Shown: one piece after another, positions 18,108-26,362 of the stretch
How positions within the stretch are numbered: the first letter of the stretch is position 1
Layout: every line of letters starts with the position of its first letter
Assembly (NCBI GenBank): GCA_001794195.1
Contig: MGJI01000007.1
Coordinates: 1-32,179, forward strand
DNA length: 32,179 bases
Reading direction: 5' to 3'
Origin: Candidatus Yanofskybacteria bacterium RIFCSPHIGHO2_01_FULL_44_17
GTDB lineage: Bacteria > Patescibacteriota > Minisyncoccia > 2-02-FULL-40-12 > IGHO2-01-FULL-4-A
Notes under the pieces: generated by a model
What the model saw: only the letters and a program-made list of their open reading frames with translations
Database searches by the model: none
What the model was told of the DNA's origin: nothing
Program-made: the position numbers and the translations under genes

Positions 18108-18132
18108 AAAGCGCATAAGCGCTTTTTGTTTT
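18108..18132 (+). terminator. Intrinsic terminator
   Basis: AAAGCGC-ataa-GCGCTTT then Ts. Confidence 0.65.
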
Positions 18133-18159
18133 ACGGCCGCCCGCTTAAGAGATAAACTT

Positions 18160-18354
18160 TAGTGAGCCCATTATCATTTCGAGAGTTCTGTCGAAGCCGA
18201 GCGGGCACGGTGTTGTGGTTTAATTTACGCAGAGCGAATGAAGTGAGCGGGTGGTAAATTATGCCACAACGAGCGAGGCGAGACAAAAAGTGCAGTGAAG
18301 CTTGCATCCCCGCTGGGGATGCTAAACAGAACGTCTCGAGAAATGATGAGGGGC
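18160..18354. repeat. ~190-bp branched palindromic repeat, copy 1 (after mreB stop)
   Basis: Core 18174-18349 matches 22354-22521 except 3 substitutions and one loop differing by 8 nt. Confidence 0.95.
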
Positions 18355-18367
18355 AGACAAACAAAGT

Positions 18368-19375
18368 TTATCTTTTAGCCAGAATATTCTTTTTATAAAC
18401 CTCCAAATTATCCAGCACAATGCCCGTTCCCTTGGCTACGCAAAGCAGCGGATCGTCGGCAATCCTGGCCGCTACGCCAGTAATCCTGGTAATTAAGACA
18501 TCTATATTTTTAAGAAGTGCTCCGCCGCCGGATATGACGATGCCGCGGTCCATTATATCAGAGCAAAGCTCAGGAGGTGTTTCCTGCAAGACATTTTTAA
18601 CAGTTTGTACTATCTCGCGAAGCTGTTCCTGCATGGCTTCGGTTATTTCATTTGATGACAGCTCTATTGTCTTAGGATAACCAGTTGTCAGGTCGCGTCC
18701 TCGGACATTTATTTTTTCTTCATTAGTCTGTTTAACGGCATTGGCTATGGCTATTTTAATTAACTCCGCCGTCCTTTCCCCTATTGCTAGACCGTGTTTC
18801 TTTTTAACATATTCAACAATTGCCTGATCAATTTTATTGCCTCCGACCCTAGCCGAATCCCAGCTGACTATTCCCCCAAGGCTTATAACCGCGACATCAG
18901 AGGTGCCGCCTCCAATATTTAATATAAGGTTGCCCACCGGGCTATTGATGGGCACCTTGGCCCCTATAGCCGCTAAAACGGGCTCTTTAACCAGATAGGC
19001 AGCCTTAGCCCCGGCATTTATCGTTGCCTCTATTACGGCACGACGTTCGGTGGATGTAATACCTGCCGGTACAGAAACCAAAATTTCAGGCTTGTAAAAC
19101 CCGAATCGCCCGACGGCCTTATTAATAAAATACTTGAGCATCGCCTCAGTAATACGATAATCGGCAATAACCCCGTCGCGCAGAGGTCGGGAGACCACAA
19201 TGCTGTCCGGGGCACGACCGAGCATTTCTTTGGCGTAATTACCAACGGCGATAATTTTATTGTCCAGGATTGATATGGCGACAACCGAAGGCTCATTTAT
19301 TACAAGTCCCTTGCCGGGCACAAAAACAAGCGTATTGGTTGTTCCTAGATCAATGCCGATTTTTTTTACAAACAT
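18368..19375 (-). CDS. mreB: Rod shape-determining protein MreB/Mbl
   Basis: IGIDLGT, NEPSVVA, RPLRDGVIAD, IGGGTS, SGGGALL. Confidence 0.97.
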   Translation of the reverse strand: MFVKKIGIDLGTTNTLVFVPGKGLVINEPSVVAISILDNKIIAVGNYAKEMLGRAPDSIVVSRPLRDGVIADYRITEAMLKYFINKAVGRFGFYKPEILVSVPAGITSTERRAVIEATINAGAKAAYLVKEPVLAAIGAKVPINSPVGNLILNIGGGTSDVAVISLGGIVSWDSARVGGNKIDQAIVEYVKKKHGLAIGERTAELIKIAIANAVKQTNEEKINVRGRDLTTGYPKTIELSSNEITEAMQEQLREIVQTVKNVLQETPPELCSDIMDRGIVISGGGALLKNIDVLITRITGVAARIADDPLLCVAKGTGIVLDNLEVYKKNILAKR

Positions 19376-19473
19376 AGATTTGTTAATATTTTTTACTCCG
19401 AATTCGTATATTGGCGACTTATAACAGCTTTGACAATATTTACAAAGTGATTAGATTAGTGCACAATAACGAG

Positions 19474-20361
19474 ATGAGGAAGAAAACAAGGCGCCTATTA
19501 TTTTTTACGGCAGTTCTACTGTTTGTTGTAATCGGTTGCGGAGCCGTGCTTTTTGCATTGGGCTATAAATATGATTTTGTTCATAATAAATTTTTAAAAA
19601 TTGGTTCTTTTGAACTTAAAACTAACGTGGCCGCAGAGGTTTATGTAAATGATGTGCTTGCCGGCGAGACTTCATTTTTATCCAATTCATTTTCAAAAAG
19701 TCGTTTGTTGCCCAGAACTTACACGGTAAGAGTTCAAAATGAAAATTATCAGTCATGGCAGAAGCTGGTAAAAGTAGAAGCCGGCTTTTTCATATATTTT
19801 CCAAGGGTTGTTCTGGTGCCTAAAAATTTCAACGAAGAAATTATCGCATCCAGCTCCATCTCGCTTATTTCTGTTAAGAGGTTTGAAACCGAAAGTGGGC
19901 TGGCAATTATCGGTAATAAGCAAAAGCTTGAATCAATAGACCTGAAGACTGGGGAAGTAAAGCCTTTCAAAGAAATCGTAAAAAAAGAGACAGCGCCACT
20001 CGTTGATTCGGACGGTTCTATTATTTCACCGGATAACACAAAAACAGCTTGGGCCAACGATCACGAGGTTTGGGTCAAGTGGCTTAAGGATTCTGATTAC
20101 CAGCCGTTTAAAAAGACGGGAGAAACTGAATTCGTAATACGTTTTTCACAAAAAGCAGACGATATGCAGTGGTACAAAGACTCAAGCCATTTGATTGTAA
20201 GCTCGGGTAGTATTTTAAAGTTTGTAGAGATTGACAAGCGTGGTGGAGTTAATATCAATGATATTTCTGCCATAAGCGGTCCGTTCTACTACGACCACGG
20301 CATCGATGCGATATTTAAGTTCGAAGGTAATAGGGTGGTCAGGATTGGCCTATCTTATTAG
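19474..20361 (+). CDS. Membrane-anchored PEGA-domain protein with beta-propeller-like C-terminus
   Basis: Basic N-terminus plus TM; A.VYVN..., LLP..Y.V.V....Y.SW.K; start moved to ATG 19474. Confidence 0.8.
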   Translation: MRKKTRRLLFFTAVLLFVVIGCGAVLFALGYKYDFVHNKFLKIGSFELKTNVAAEVYVNDVLAGETSFLSNSFSKSRLLPRTYTVRVQNENYQSWQKLVKVEAGFFIYFPRVVLVPKNFNEEIIASSSISLISVKRFETESGLAIIGNKQKLESIDLKTGEVKPFKEIVKKETAPLVDSDGSIISPDNTKTAWANDHEVWVKWLKDSDYQPFKKTGETEFVIRFSQKADDMQWYKDSSHLIVSSGSILKFVEIDKRGGVNINDISAISGPFYYDHGIDAIFKFEGNRVVRIGLSY

Positions 20362-20436
20362 TTAGCGTTCAAAGGTTTTAAAACCATACGCCAAGTCTGC
20401 GCATCTTATATTATTATACCTTAACAAGGAGTTGCC

Positions 20437-21123
20437 ATGAAACCCAGAAGCATCATATTTGTCCGCCACGCTCAATCTATAGGTAATATAATGACACAAG
20501 ATGAACGGGCTAATTATGAAATTCCAAACCATGCCTATCCGCTTACTGACATAGGTAGGCAGCAGGCCATCCTTACTGGAAAATATCTTAAAGATGAACT
20601 AAGTCCCAAACTCCCAGATATATTTTTGACCTCCACCTTCCTCAGGACTCAGATGACGATGGATCTAATACTTAAAGAGCTGCGAGCGCCAGTAAATTTA
20701 ACCCCGATTATTGACTCGCGCCTAGATGAAAAATGGGACGGAATTTTTCACGAACTTTCCAGGGCTGACGTAGAGAGATTATACCCCGAACAGATAAAGC
20801 TGAGGAAGCTTGTGGGATATTATCACCACCGAGCGCCTGGCGGTGAGAGCTGTCCAGACGTTGAGATTAAGATAAGAAACCTTCTCTCAGATCCAATTAT
20901 CGCTGGCAAGAGGCTTTTGGCTGTTGGTCATGGCAGGTGGTTCGTTATATTCCAAAAAGTCATTCACAATTTGAGTGTTGACGAGTTTTTGCAACTCAAA
21001 GATCAGGGTTCTGAAAACTGTTCTGTCACGGAATATTTATTTGAAAATATACCCAAGTCACCAAGTGAAAGCTTTGTTCCCTGGAAGGGATATTTGGAAG
21101 AGCAAAAAACTGAACTAGCCTAA
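20437..21123 (+). CDS. Histidine phosphatase (phosphoglycerate mutase family)
   Basis: FVRHAQS, LT..G..QA, RL.E, GGES, VGHG. Confidence 0.92.
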   Translation: MKPRSIIFVRHAQSIGNIMTQDERANYEIPNHAYPLTDIGRQQAILTGKYLKDELSPKLPDIFLTSTFLRTQMTMDLILKELRAPVNLTPIIDSRLDEKWDGIFHELSRADVERLYPEQIKLRKLVGYYHHRAPGGESCPDVEIKIRNLLSDPIIAGKRLLAVGHGRWFVIFQKVIHNLSVDEFLQLKDQGSENCSVTEYLFENIPKSPSESFVPWKGYLEEQKTELA

Positions 21124-21130
21124 ATTTTTT

Positions 21131-21152
21131 GCCGACTAATAATCGGCTTTTT
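21131..21152 (+). terminator. Intrinsic terminator
   Basis: GCCGA-ctaataa-TCGGC then Ts. Confidence 0.65.
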
Positions 21153-21154
21153 AG

Positions 21155-21212
21155 TTGACAGTTAATTTAAAAAATGCTAATCTTTTGTTGATCTTTGACA
21201 AGAATTTGGAGG
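21155..21212 (+). promoter_or_regulatory. sigma70 promoter, boxA-like motif and SD
   Basis: TTGACA(21155-21160)-N17-TAATCT(21178-21183); TGATCTTTGACAA 21189-21201; GGAGG 21208-21212. Confidence 0.72.
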
Positions 21213-21217
21213 ATTGG

Positions 21218-21628
21218 ATGTCGGCAAATGTGGTTTATATAATCACGGTAAGCATTGTTCTGATTATCGGTATTGCCTCGGCCTATCATTTTTTGCAAGC
21301 ATCACGTACAAAAAAAGAAATTGAAGAGCTTTACTCAATTCTGCGCGAACGTTCAGAAGAAATTGGAACAAAATTGTGCCAACTCCTGGTTGTTAATGGA
21401 TTGCAGTTTGAAAGATCGCAGCCAGAACCAGCCGTACATTCAATTATTGTAAGTAAAAACGGTTCTCCTGCGGCACGAGTATTGATAAATGTTGATCGAG
21501 GTTATACACCATTGGAAATTAGCTTTCCAAGTGGCCAAAATTATTACCGAGGCGTGTCGTTTGATAATTTGCCGCAAGCAGCTCTTGATTCAATTCTCGG
21601 TACTCTTAAAGAAGGAGGAAGAGCATGA
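21218..21628 (+). CDS. Hypothetical protein with N-terminal TM
   Basis: ATG 21218 after GGAGG; ATGA overlap with the next gene. Confidence 0.75.
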   Translation: MSANVVYIITVSIVLIIGIASAYHFLQASRTKKEIEELYSILRERSEEIGTKLCQLLVVNGLQFERSQPEPAVHSIIVSKNGSPAARVLINVDRGYTPLEISFPSGQNYYRGVSFDNLPQAALDSILGTLKEGGRA

Positions 21629-22104
21629 AAATGGAAACCTTGGGATCTGGCGAGACTATACTATTAATCCCAAAACACAGCCAAGAAGAATATCCAAACG
21701 AAACCGTTCCCGTCGTTGTTTTAAAAGGCTATTCAGACAGATATAATTCCGAAGTAAAAGAGATATACAGGGGCCCGCTATTTGGTGGGAATGTTGCAAG
21801 AGTAACTGGCTGCGCCTCTGCTGGCTATCTTGCTATGGCTGTCAGAGACACGACGCCTGGAAATGTATATTCTTGGTTAACCAAAGCCATCAAATCTCAA
21901 GACCACGACGGTTTAGCCGCAAAAGCCGAAGCCATAAAAACATGTGGCTTCCAAGATGTTCACGAGGATTTAAGAAATATTTGTCAGATAGTCTTACGCA
22001 GTGGCGTTATCGCTAAGGTAAGATATAACTTTATAGATAAAATAGGGTTAAAAAGATTGGAATACTGCCTTATGACGATTGCTACTGAAGGGAGACGAGC
22101 ATGA
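21625..22104 (+). CDS. Hypothetical protein, 159 aa
   Basis: AGGAGG SD; ATGA-coupled on both sides. Confidence 0.75.
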   Translation: MKMETLGSGETILLIPKHSQEEYPNETVPVVVLKGYSDRYNSEVKEIYRGPLFGGNVARVTGCASAGYLAMAVRDTTPGNVYSWLTKAIKSQDHDGLAAKAEAIKTCGFQDVHEDLRNICQIVLRSGVIAKVRYNFIDKIGLKRLEYCLMTIATEGRRA

Positions 22105-22268
22105 CAGAAAAAACAAAAAGGCACACACTGAGGACTCTAAAACCGAGAAAGGCTAAAAAGAACATAATGGACGATGAGCCAATTATAATAGTAGTCGGCA
22201 GTCAACCAACTCTATTGGCGGTTGATAAAGAAGGCAAAACCCACCGAATTACAAAAAGATTTGTTTAA
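22101..22268 (+). CDS. Basic 55-aa protein MTEKTKRH...RITKRFV (not in ORF track)
   Basis: ATGA overlap, GGGAG SD, ends just before the terminator. Confidence 0.55.
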   Translation: MTEKTKRHTLRTLKPRKAKKNIMDDEPIIIVVGSQPTLLAVDKEGKTHRITKRFV

Positions 22269-22283
22269 TAAACAAATCCTGAC

Positions 22284-22307
22284 GCCGAGGAAACTCGGCT
22301 TTTTTTT
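22284..22307 (+). terminator. Intrinsic terminator
   Basis: GCCGAG-gaaa-CTCGGC then 8 T. Confidence 0.85.
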
Positions 22308-22339
22308 ATGTTTTTTAATCGCAATGAGCAAAAAGATGC

Positions 22340-22526
22340 TAGTGAGCCCCTTGTCATTTCGAGAGTTCTGTCGAAGCCGAGCGGGCACGGTGTTGTGGTT
22401 TAATTTACGCAGAGCAAAACGGGTGGTAAATTATGCCACAACGAGCGAGGCGAGACAAAAAGTGCAGTGATGCTTGCATCCCCGCTGGGGATGCCAAACG
22501 GAACGTCTCGAGAAATGATGAATGGC
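22340..22526. repeat. ~190-bp branched palindromic repeat, copy 2 (after rpsI stop)
   Basis: Direct copy of 18160-18354. Confidence 0.95.
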
Positions 22527-22529
22527 GAG

Positions 22530-23135
22530 CTATCTTTTGGCCCACTGCGGAGCCTTTCTGGCTTTTTTGAGACCGTATTTGCGTCTTTCCTTTTCTCGCG
22601 AATCACGAGTAAGATAGCCCGCCTTACGAAGTTTTTTTGAAAAATTAATGTCGAAAAGAGTTAATGCTCGGCTTAAACCAAGTCTAACTGCATCTGCCTG
22701 TCCATGCGCTCCCCCTCCGCTCACCTTAACCGTAGCCTTGAAACGATTAAGCGACTTTAATTTTTTTAGAGGAGCTTCGATAATGTTTTGCAACGGTATG
22801 GCCTTGAAGTATTCATAATAAGGCTTACTGTTTATAGTGATTATCGCCTTTTCTTCGGAAGGCTCTGGATCTGTTGATTTTTTGGTGTAGACACGAACTC
22901 TTGCCGTCGCTTCCTTGCGCCTGCCGACGGCTTCAAAGTACTTTTCAACCGCATCGCTAGATGCTTTTATTTCTACCGCTTGACTCGTTTCTGTTAACTC
23001 CTGAGACACTAACTCCTCCGCTGGGGTAACGGCTTGTATTATTTCTTTTGTGTCTTCAAGTTTTTTCTTAGGCTTAACTTTAGTAATCGTTGAAGCCCTC
23101 GGCTTTTTAGTTGTAGTTTTTTTTGTAACCATCAT
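22530..23135 (-). CDS. rpsI: 30S ribosomal protein S9 with N-terminal extension
   Basis: GRRKEATARV, GGG.HGQADA, LTRDSR.KERRKYG. Confidence 0.97.
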   Translation of the reverse strand: MMVTKKTTTKKPRASTITKVKPKKKLEDTKEIIQAVTPAEELVSQELTETSQAVEIKASSDAVEKYFEAVGRRKEATARVRVYTKKSTDPEPSEEKAIITINSKPYYEYFKAIPLQNIIEAPLKKLKSLNRFKATVKVSGGGAHGQADAVRLGLSRALTLFDINFSKKLRKAGYLTRDSREKERRKYGLKKARKAPQWAKR

Positions 23136-23482
23136 TGTAGGAATTCGATAGTCGCCATTTTTGACCCGTCGCTTATACGAGACGGCAAATTAATTATTCT
23201 TGTATAGCCACCGTGTCGCTCCGGGAATCTTTCAACGATCTCATTGTGCAACTTTTTAGCATATGGGCGTCCAAGTTCCGCGGAAAGAAGTTTGAATGAT
23301 GCCAAGTTTTTATCTTTAGCCTTGGTTACTAACTTCTCAATATATGGACGAAGACTTTTGGCCTTGGCTTGGGTAGTATTTATTTTAGTGTTCAAAATTA
23401 AAGCACGCGCAAGATCACGCAATAATTCTTTGCGCTGCTTAGTTTCTCTTCCGAATTTTCTATTTTTTTTACCGTGCCTCAT
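23132..23482 (-). CDS. rplQ: 50S ribosomal protein L17
   Basis: MRHG, TT.AKAK, GGYTRI. Confidence 0.97.
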   Translation of the reverse strand: MRHGKKNRKFGRETKQRKELLRDLARALILNTKINTTQAKAKSLRPYIEKLVTKAKDKNLASFKLLSAELGRPYAKKLHNEIVERFPERHGGYTRIINLPSRISDGSKMATIEFLQ

Positions 23483-23821
23483 CTATTTGATTTCTAAGTT
23501 TTTTATTATCTTACTTCTAAGCTTATTCGGAGCTAGCATGCGATAAACGGCCAATAAAAGAATTTTCTTGGGGTTTTTCTCAAATTCAATTCCAAGTTTT
23601 CTTGCTTTCATACCACTGGGATAGCCGGAGTAATGATAATATATCTTTTGCTCCGCCTTCTTGCCAGTGAAGCGAAGCTTGCCTATATTACTGACTATTA
23701 CTTTTTCTTGAGGCATAACGCTGGGATTATAGCTGGGATTAGTTTTGCCACGCAAAATTACGGCAATGTTACTCGCTAATCTTCCCAAGGCTTTATCTGT
23801 TGCGTCAATTTCATGTAGCAT
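23483..23821 (-). CDS. rplM: 50S ribosomal protein L13 (short, 112 aa)
   Basis: IDA..LGRLAS..A..LRGK, YYHYSGYPSG, RML. Confidence 0.96.
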   Translation of the reverse strand: MLHEIDATDKALGRLASNIAVILRGKTNPSYNPSVMPQEKVIVSNIGKLRFTGKKAEQKIYYHYSGYPSGMKARKLGIEFEKNPKKILLLAVYRMLAPNKLRSKIIKNLEIK

Positions 23822-23835
23822 GTTTATTTTTTAAA

Positions 23836-24582
23836 TTAGTCTTCTTTTTTTTTGCGAGCTTTTTTGATCTTTACCGCACTCTTTTTGTCTTGTTCTGGTA
23901 TCTGGAGTTTGTTAATTATTGAAAAATGATCAATAAGAATCTGTGAGGCATCTCGAATAGCCTCTTCCGGACTAACGCTGCCATCTGTTTCTATATCTAA
24001 TATAATCTTGTTATAATCGGTTCGCTGGCCAACTCTGATATTCTCAACATTAAAATTAACATTTTTAATCGGCGTAAAAATGCCGTCTATGGCAATTTTG
24101 CCGACGCCTAATTTTTCTTTCTGTCGTTGTTCTACGGGAACATAGCCCACCCCCTTCTCTATTGTAATCTCCATCTGCAGCTCGGTCTTTTTGGTAGTTA
24201 TCGTGGCAATATGCTGATCCGGATTAACTATCTCTGCGTCTGCGGTTACCTCGATGCTCCCTGCCGTAACGGCGCCTTCTCCCTTGGCGTTAAGAATTAA
24301 TGTAACCGGCTCATCTTTAAAGACCTTGAACCTTATTTTTTTAAGGTTAAGAATTATTTCAATCACGTCTTCAAGCACGCCACTAACTGATGAGAACTCG
24401 TGATCGACTCCGGTAATTTTGACCGAAGTAACTGCGGCTCCGCTGAGAGAAGATATTAAAACTCTTCTGAGCGTGTTACCAATAGTAACGCCATAGCCCG
24501 GATAAAGTGGGCTAATTTCAAAAACAGCCTTATTGTTATCGGTTTTTGATATGACCTTCGGTTCTGAGGGTAGCTGTATCAT
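23836..24582 (-). CDS. rpoA: RNA polymerase alpha subunit, N-terminal domain only
   Basis: PLYPGYGVTIGNTLRRVL, HEFS, GYVP, RVGQRTDY; ends at 248 aa. Confidence 0.97.
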   Translation of the reverse strand: MIQLPSEPKVISKTDNNKAVFEISPLYPGYGVTIGNTLRRVLISSLSGAAVTSVKITGVDHEFSSVSGVLEDVIEIILNLKKIRFKVFKDEPVTLILNAKGEGAVTAGSIEVTADAEIVNPDQHIATITTKKTELQMEITIEKGVGYVPVEQRQKEKLGVGKIAIDGIFTPIKNVNFNVENIRVGQRTDYNKIILDIETDGSVSPEEAIRDASQILIDHFSIINKLQIPEQDKKSAVKIKKARKKKED

Positions 24583-24587
24583 TTGCG

Positions 24588-24653
24588 TAGGTCTTAGGTT
24601 TTAGGTCTTAGGTTTTAGAAATGATCTAACACCTATTACCCAGCACCTGACAC
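24588..24653. repeat. Two opposed 7-nt tandem tracts between rpsD and rpoA
   Basis: taggtct taggttt taggtct taggttt, then ctaacac ctattac ccagcac ctgacac. Confidence 0.85.
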
Positions 24654-24659
24654 TTCATT

Positions 24660-25295
24660 TTATCGTGAATAATATTCAATTAAGGAACGAATATCCTTGG
24701 CCTCCAGGCCGCTTTCTTCAATTGATGGTTGGCCAGATATTTTTATGGTAAGCAAATCTTTATCTACCTCCAGCCACTTGGGTGGAACATGGGCCTTTAT
24801 CCATTGTGGAACGGAGATTGAAAAATACGGCGACTTCATGCTGCCCTCTCTTACTTTTAGTGTATCGCCCGCTCTTACTTCGCTCGAAGGAATGTTGACC
24901 CTCTTGCCGTTTACTAATATGTGGCCGTGATTGACTACTTGTCTAGCTTGATCTCGTGATTGGGCAAGTCCTGATCTATAGATCACGTTATCCAGTCTTT
25001 TTTCCAGTTTTCTTACGAGCGTCTCGCTGGTTTCATGTTTCGATTCAACGGCGTCTTTAACCCAATTCTTAAATTGCTTCTCCATCATGCGGTAGGTGTG
25101 CCTGACCTTTTGTTTTGATTGAAGCTGTTGTCCGAATTCAGAAAGCCTTCTTTTAAATGTTTTACCGTGCACTCCTGGCGGATACATGCGCTTAACTGTG
25201 GCTGACTTAGGAGAAAGCGAACGTTCGCCCTTTAGAAAAAGCTTAACGCCTAATCGTCTCTCTATTTTTTCTTTTGGACCTCTATATCTTGCCAT
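24660..25295 (-). CDS. rpsD: 30S ribosomal protein S4 (no Zn cysteines)
   Basis: MARYRGP, LEKRLDNV, ARQ.V.HGH, EYYSR; ATG 25295. Confidence 0.97.
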   Translation of the reverse strand: MARYRGPKEKIERRLGVKLFLKGERSLSPKSATVKRMYPPGVHGKTFKRRLSEFGQQLQSKQKVRHTYRMMEKQFKNWVKDAVESKHETSETLVRKLEKRLDNVIYRSGLAQSRDQARQVVNHGHILVNGKRVNIPSSEVRAGDTLKVREGSMKSPYFSISVPQWIKAHVPPKWLEVDKDLLTIKISGQPSIEESGLEAKDIRSLIEYYSR

Positions 25296-25299
25296 ATTG

Positions 25300-25737
25300 T
25301 TAGACCCTTCTTGGCTTTTTCGGCCGTACTCCATTATGAGCCACGGGGGTGGCATCTATTATCGCTGTTATGTTAATTCCTGTGCTTGCGATTCCACGGA
25401 TTGCTGCTTCACGCCCTGGGCCGATGCCTCGTATTGATACTTTTGCTTCCTGGAAACCAAGCTTCTTTGCTTTTTCAACGGCATCCTTACCCACTAAGGT
25501 GGCTGCATATGGCGTGGATTTACGTGCGCCTTTGAATCCCATAATACCTGCTGAAGAATAGGCGAACACATTACCATTGGAATCAGCTACGGAAACAATC
25601 GTATTGTTATAGGAGGATGAAATATAAACAACGCCCTTGAATACCTGCTTTCTTGAAGATTTCTTCGTGCTAACGGGGGCTACCTTATCTGTAGCAGTTT
25701 CTTGACTCGGATTTGTTAGTATGCGCTTTTTACCCAT
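25300..25737 (-). CDS. rpsK: 30S ribosomal protein S11
   Basis: GFKGARKSTPYAA, TPVAHNGVRP. Confidence 0.98.
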   Translation of the reverse strand: MGKKRILTNPSQETATDKVAPVSTKKSSRKQVFKGVVYISSSYNNTIVSVADSNGNVFAYSSAGIMGFKGARKSTPYAATLVGKDAVEKAKKLGFQEAKVSIRGIGPGREAAIRGIASTGINITAIIDATPVAHNGVRPKKPRRV

Positions 25738-26123
25738 TATGTTTTTTGTGACGAGGGTTTCCTACCTGAGCCCATCGTTTTTCTTACATTACCTCGCGTA
25801 GTTCTTGAATTTGTTTTAGTGCGGCCATGAATCGGCAAGCGCCTTGCATGTCGAGTCCCCTTCCAAGAACCAACCTCTTTTAGGCGCTTAATATTCTCGC
25901 CCACTTCTCTTCGTAAATCGCCTTCTACTTTATAATTCCTGGAAATGATGCTTTGTATCCGGTTTATTTCATCAGTGGTCAAATCTTTCGCTCTTTTATC
26001 TTTTGGGACGTTAGCGGATTTTAAGATTATCCTGCTATTTGCAGGCCCTACGCCATAAAGATACCCGAGAGCAAACTCTATTTTTTTATTGTCTGGAATA
26101 TTTATTCCTGAAATTCGTGCCAT
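25737..26123 (-). CDS. rpsM: 30S ribosomal protein S13
   Basis: MARISGINIP, EGDLRR, TKTNSRT. Confidence 0.98.
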   Translation of the reverse strand: MARISGINIPDNKKIEFALGYLYGVGPANSRIILKSANVPKDKRAKDLTTDEINRIQSIISRNYKVEGDLRREVGENIKRLKEVGSWKGTRHARRLPIHGRTKTNSRTTRGNVRKTMGSGRKPSSQKT

Positions 26124-26134
26124 ATCTTTAGATT

Positions 26135-26248
26135 TTAACCTTGTCTCTGTTTGTGTTTAGGATTACTGCAAATACAATACAGCTTACCCTTACGGCGCAC
26201 AAGCTTGCATTTGTTACATATTTTTTTGACAGAAGCGCGAACTTTCAT
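26135..26248 (-). CDS. rpmJ: 50S ribosomal protein L36 (not in ORF track)
   Basis: [37 protein letters not shown]. Confidence 0.98.
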   Translation of the reverse strand: MKVRASVKKICNKCKLVRRKGKLYCICSNPKHKQRQG

Positions 26249-26360
26249 CCCGTTAGAAGTCGCTGCTGCGCAGTTTTACTCATAGGTTACAACTGCACAA
26301 TAAGACCTCAGATTATTTACTAGCCATGACCACGAACCCGTCAGGGCGACTTCTAACGGG
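26249..26360. mobile_element. 112-bp MITE-like element between infA and rpmJ
   Basis: Perfect 15-bp TIR CCCGTTAGAAGTCGC/GCGACTTCTAACGGG; flanks TTTCAT/ATTCAT; same terminal 9 bp as the ndh insert. Confidence 0.85.
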
Positions 26361-26362
26361 AT

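Noticed and set aside
18131-18364. 77-aa ORF, and ORFs 22222-22470 and 22400-22606
   Set aside because: They run through the palindromic repeat, and the 8-nt loop difference breaks frame conservation between copies.
26141-26323. 60-aa plus-strand ORF
   Set aside because: Antisense to rpmJ and runs into the MITE-like element.
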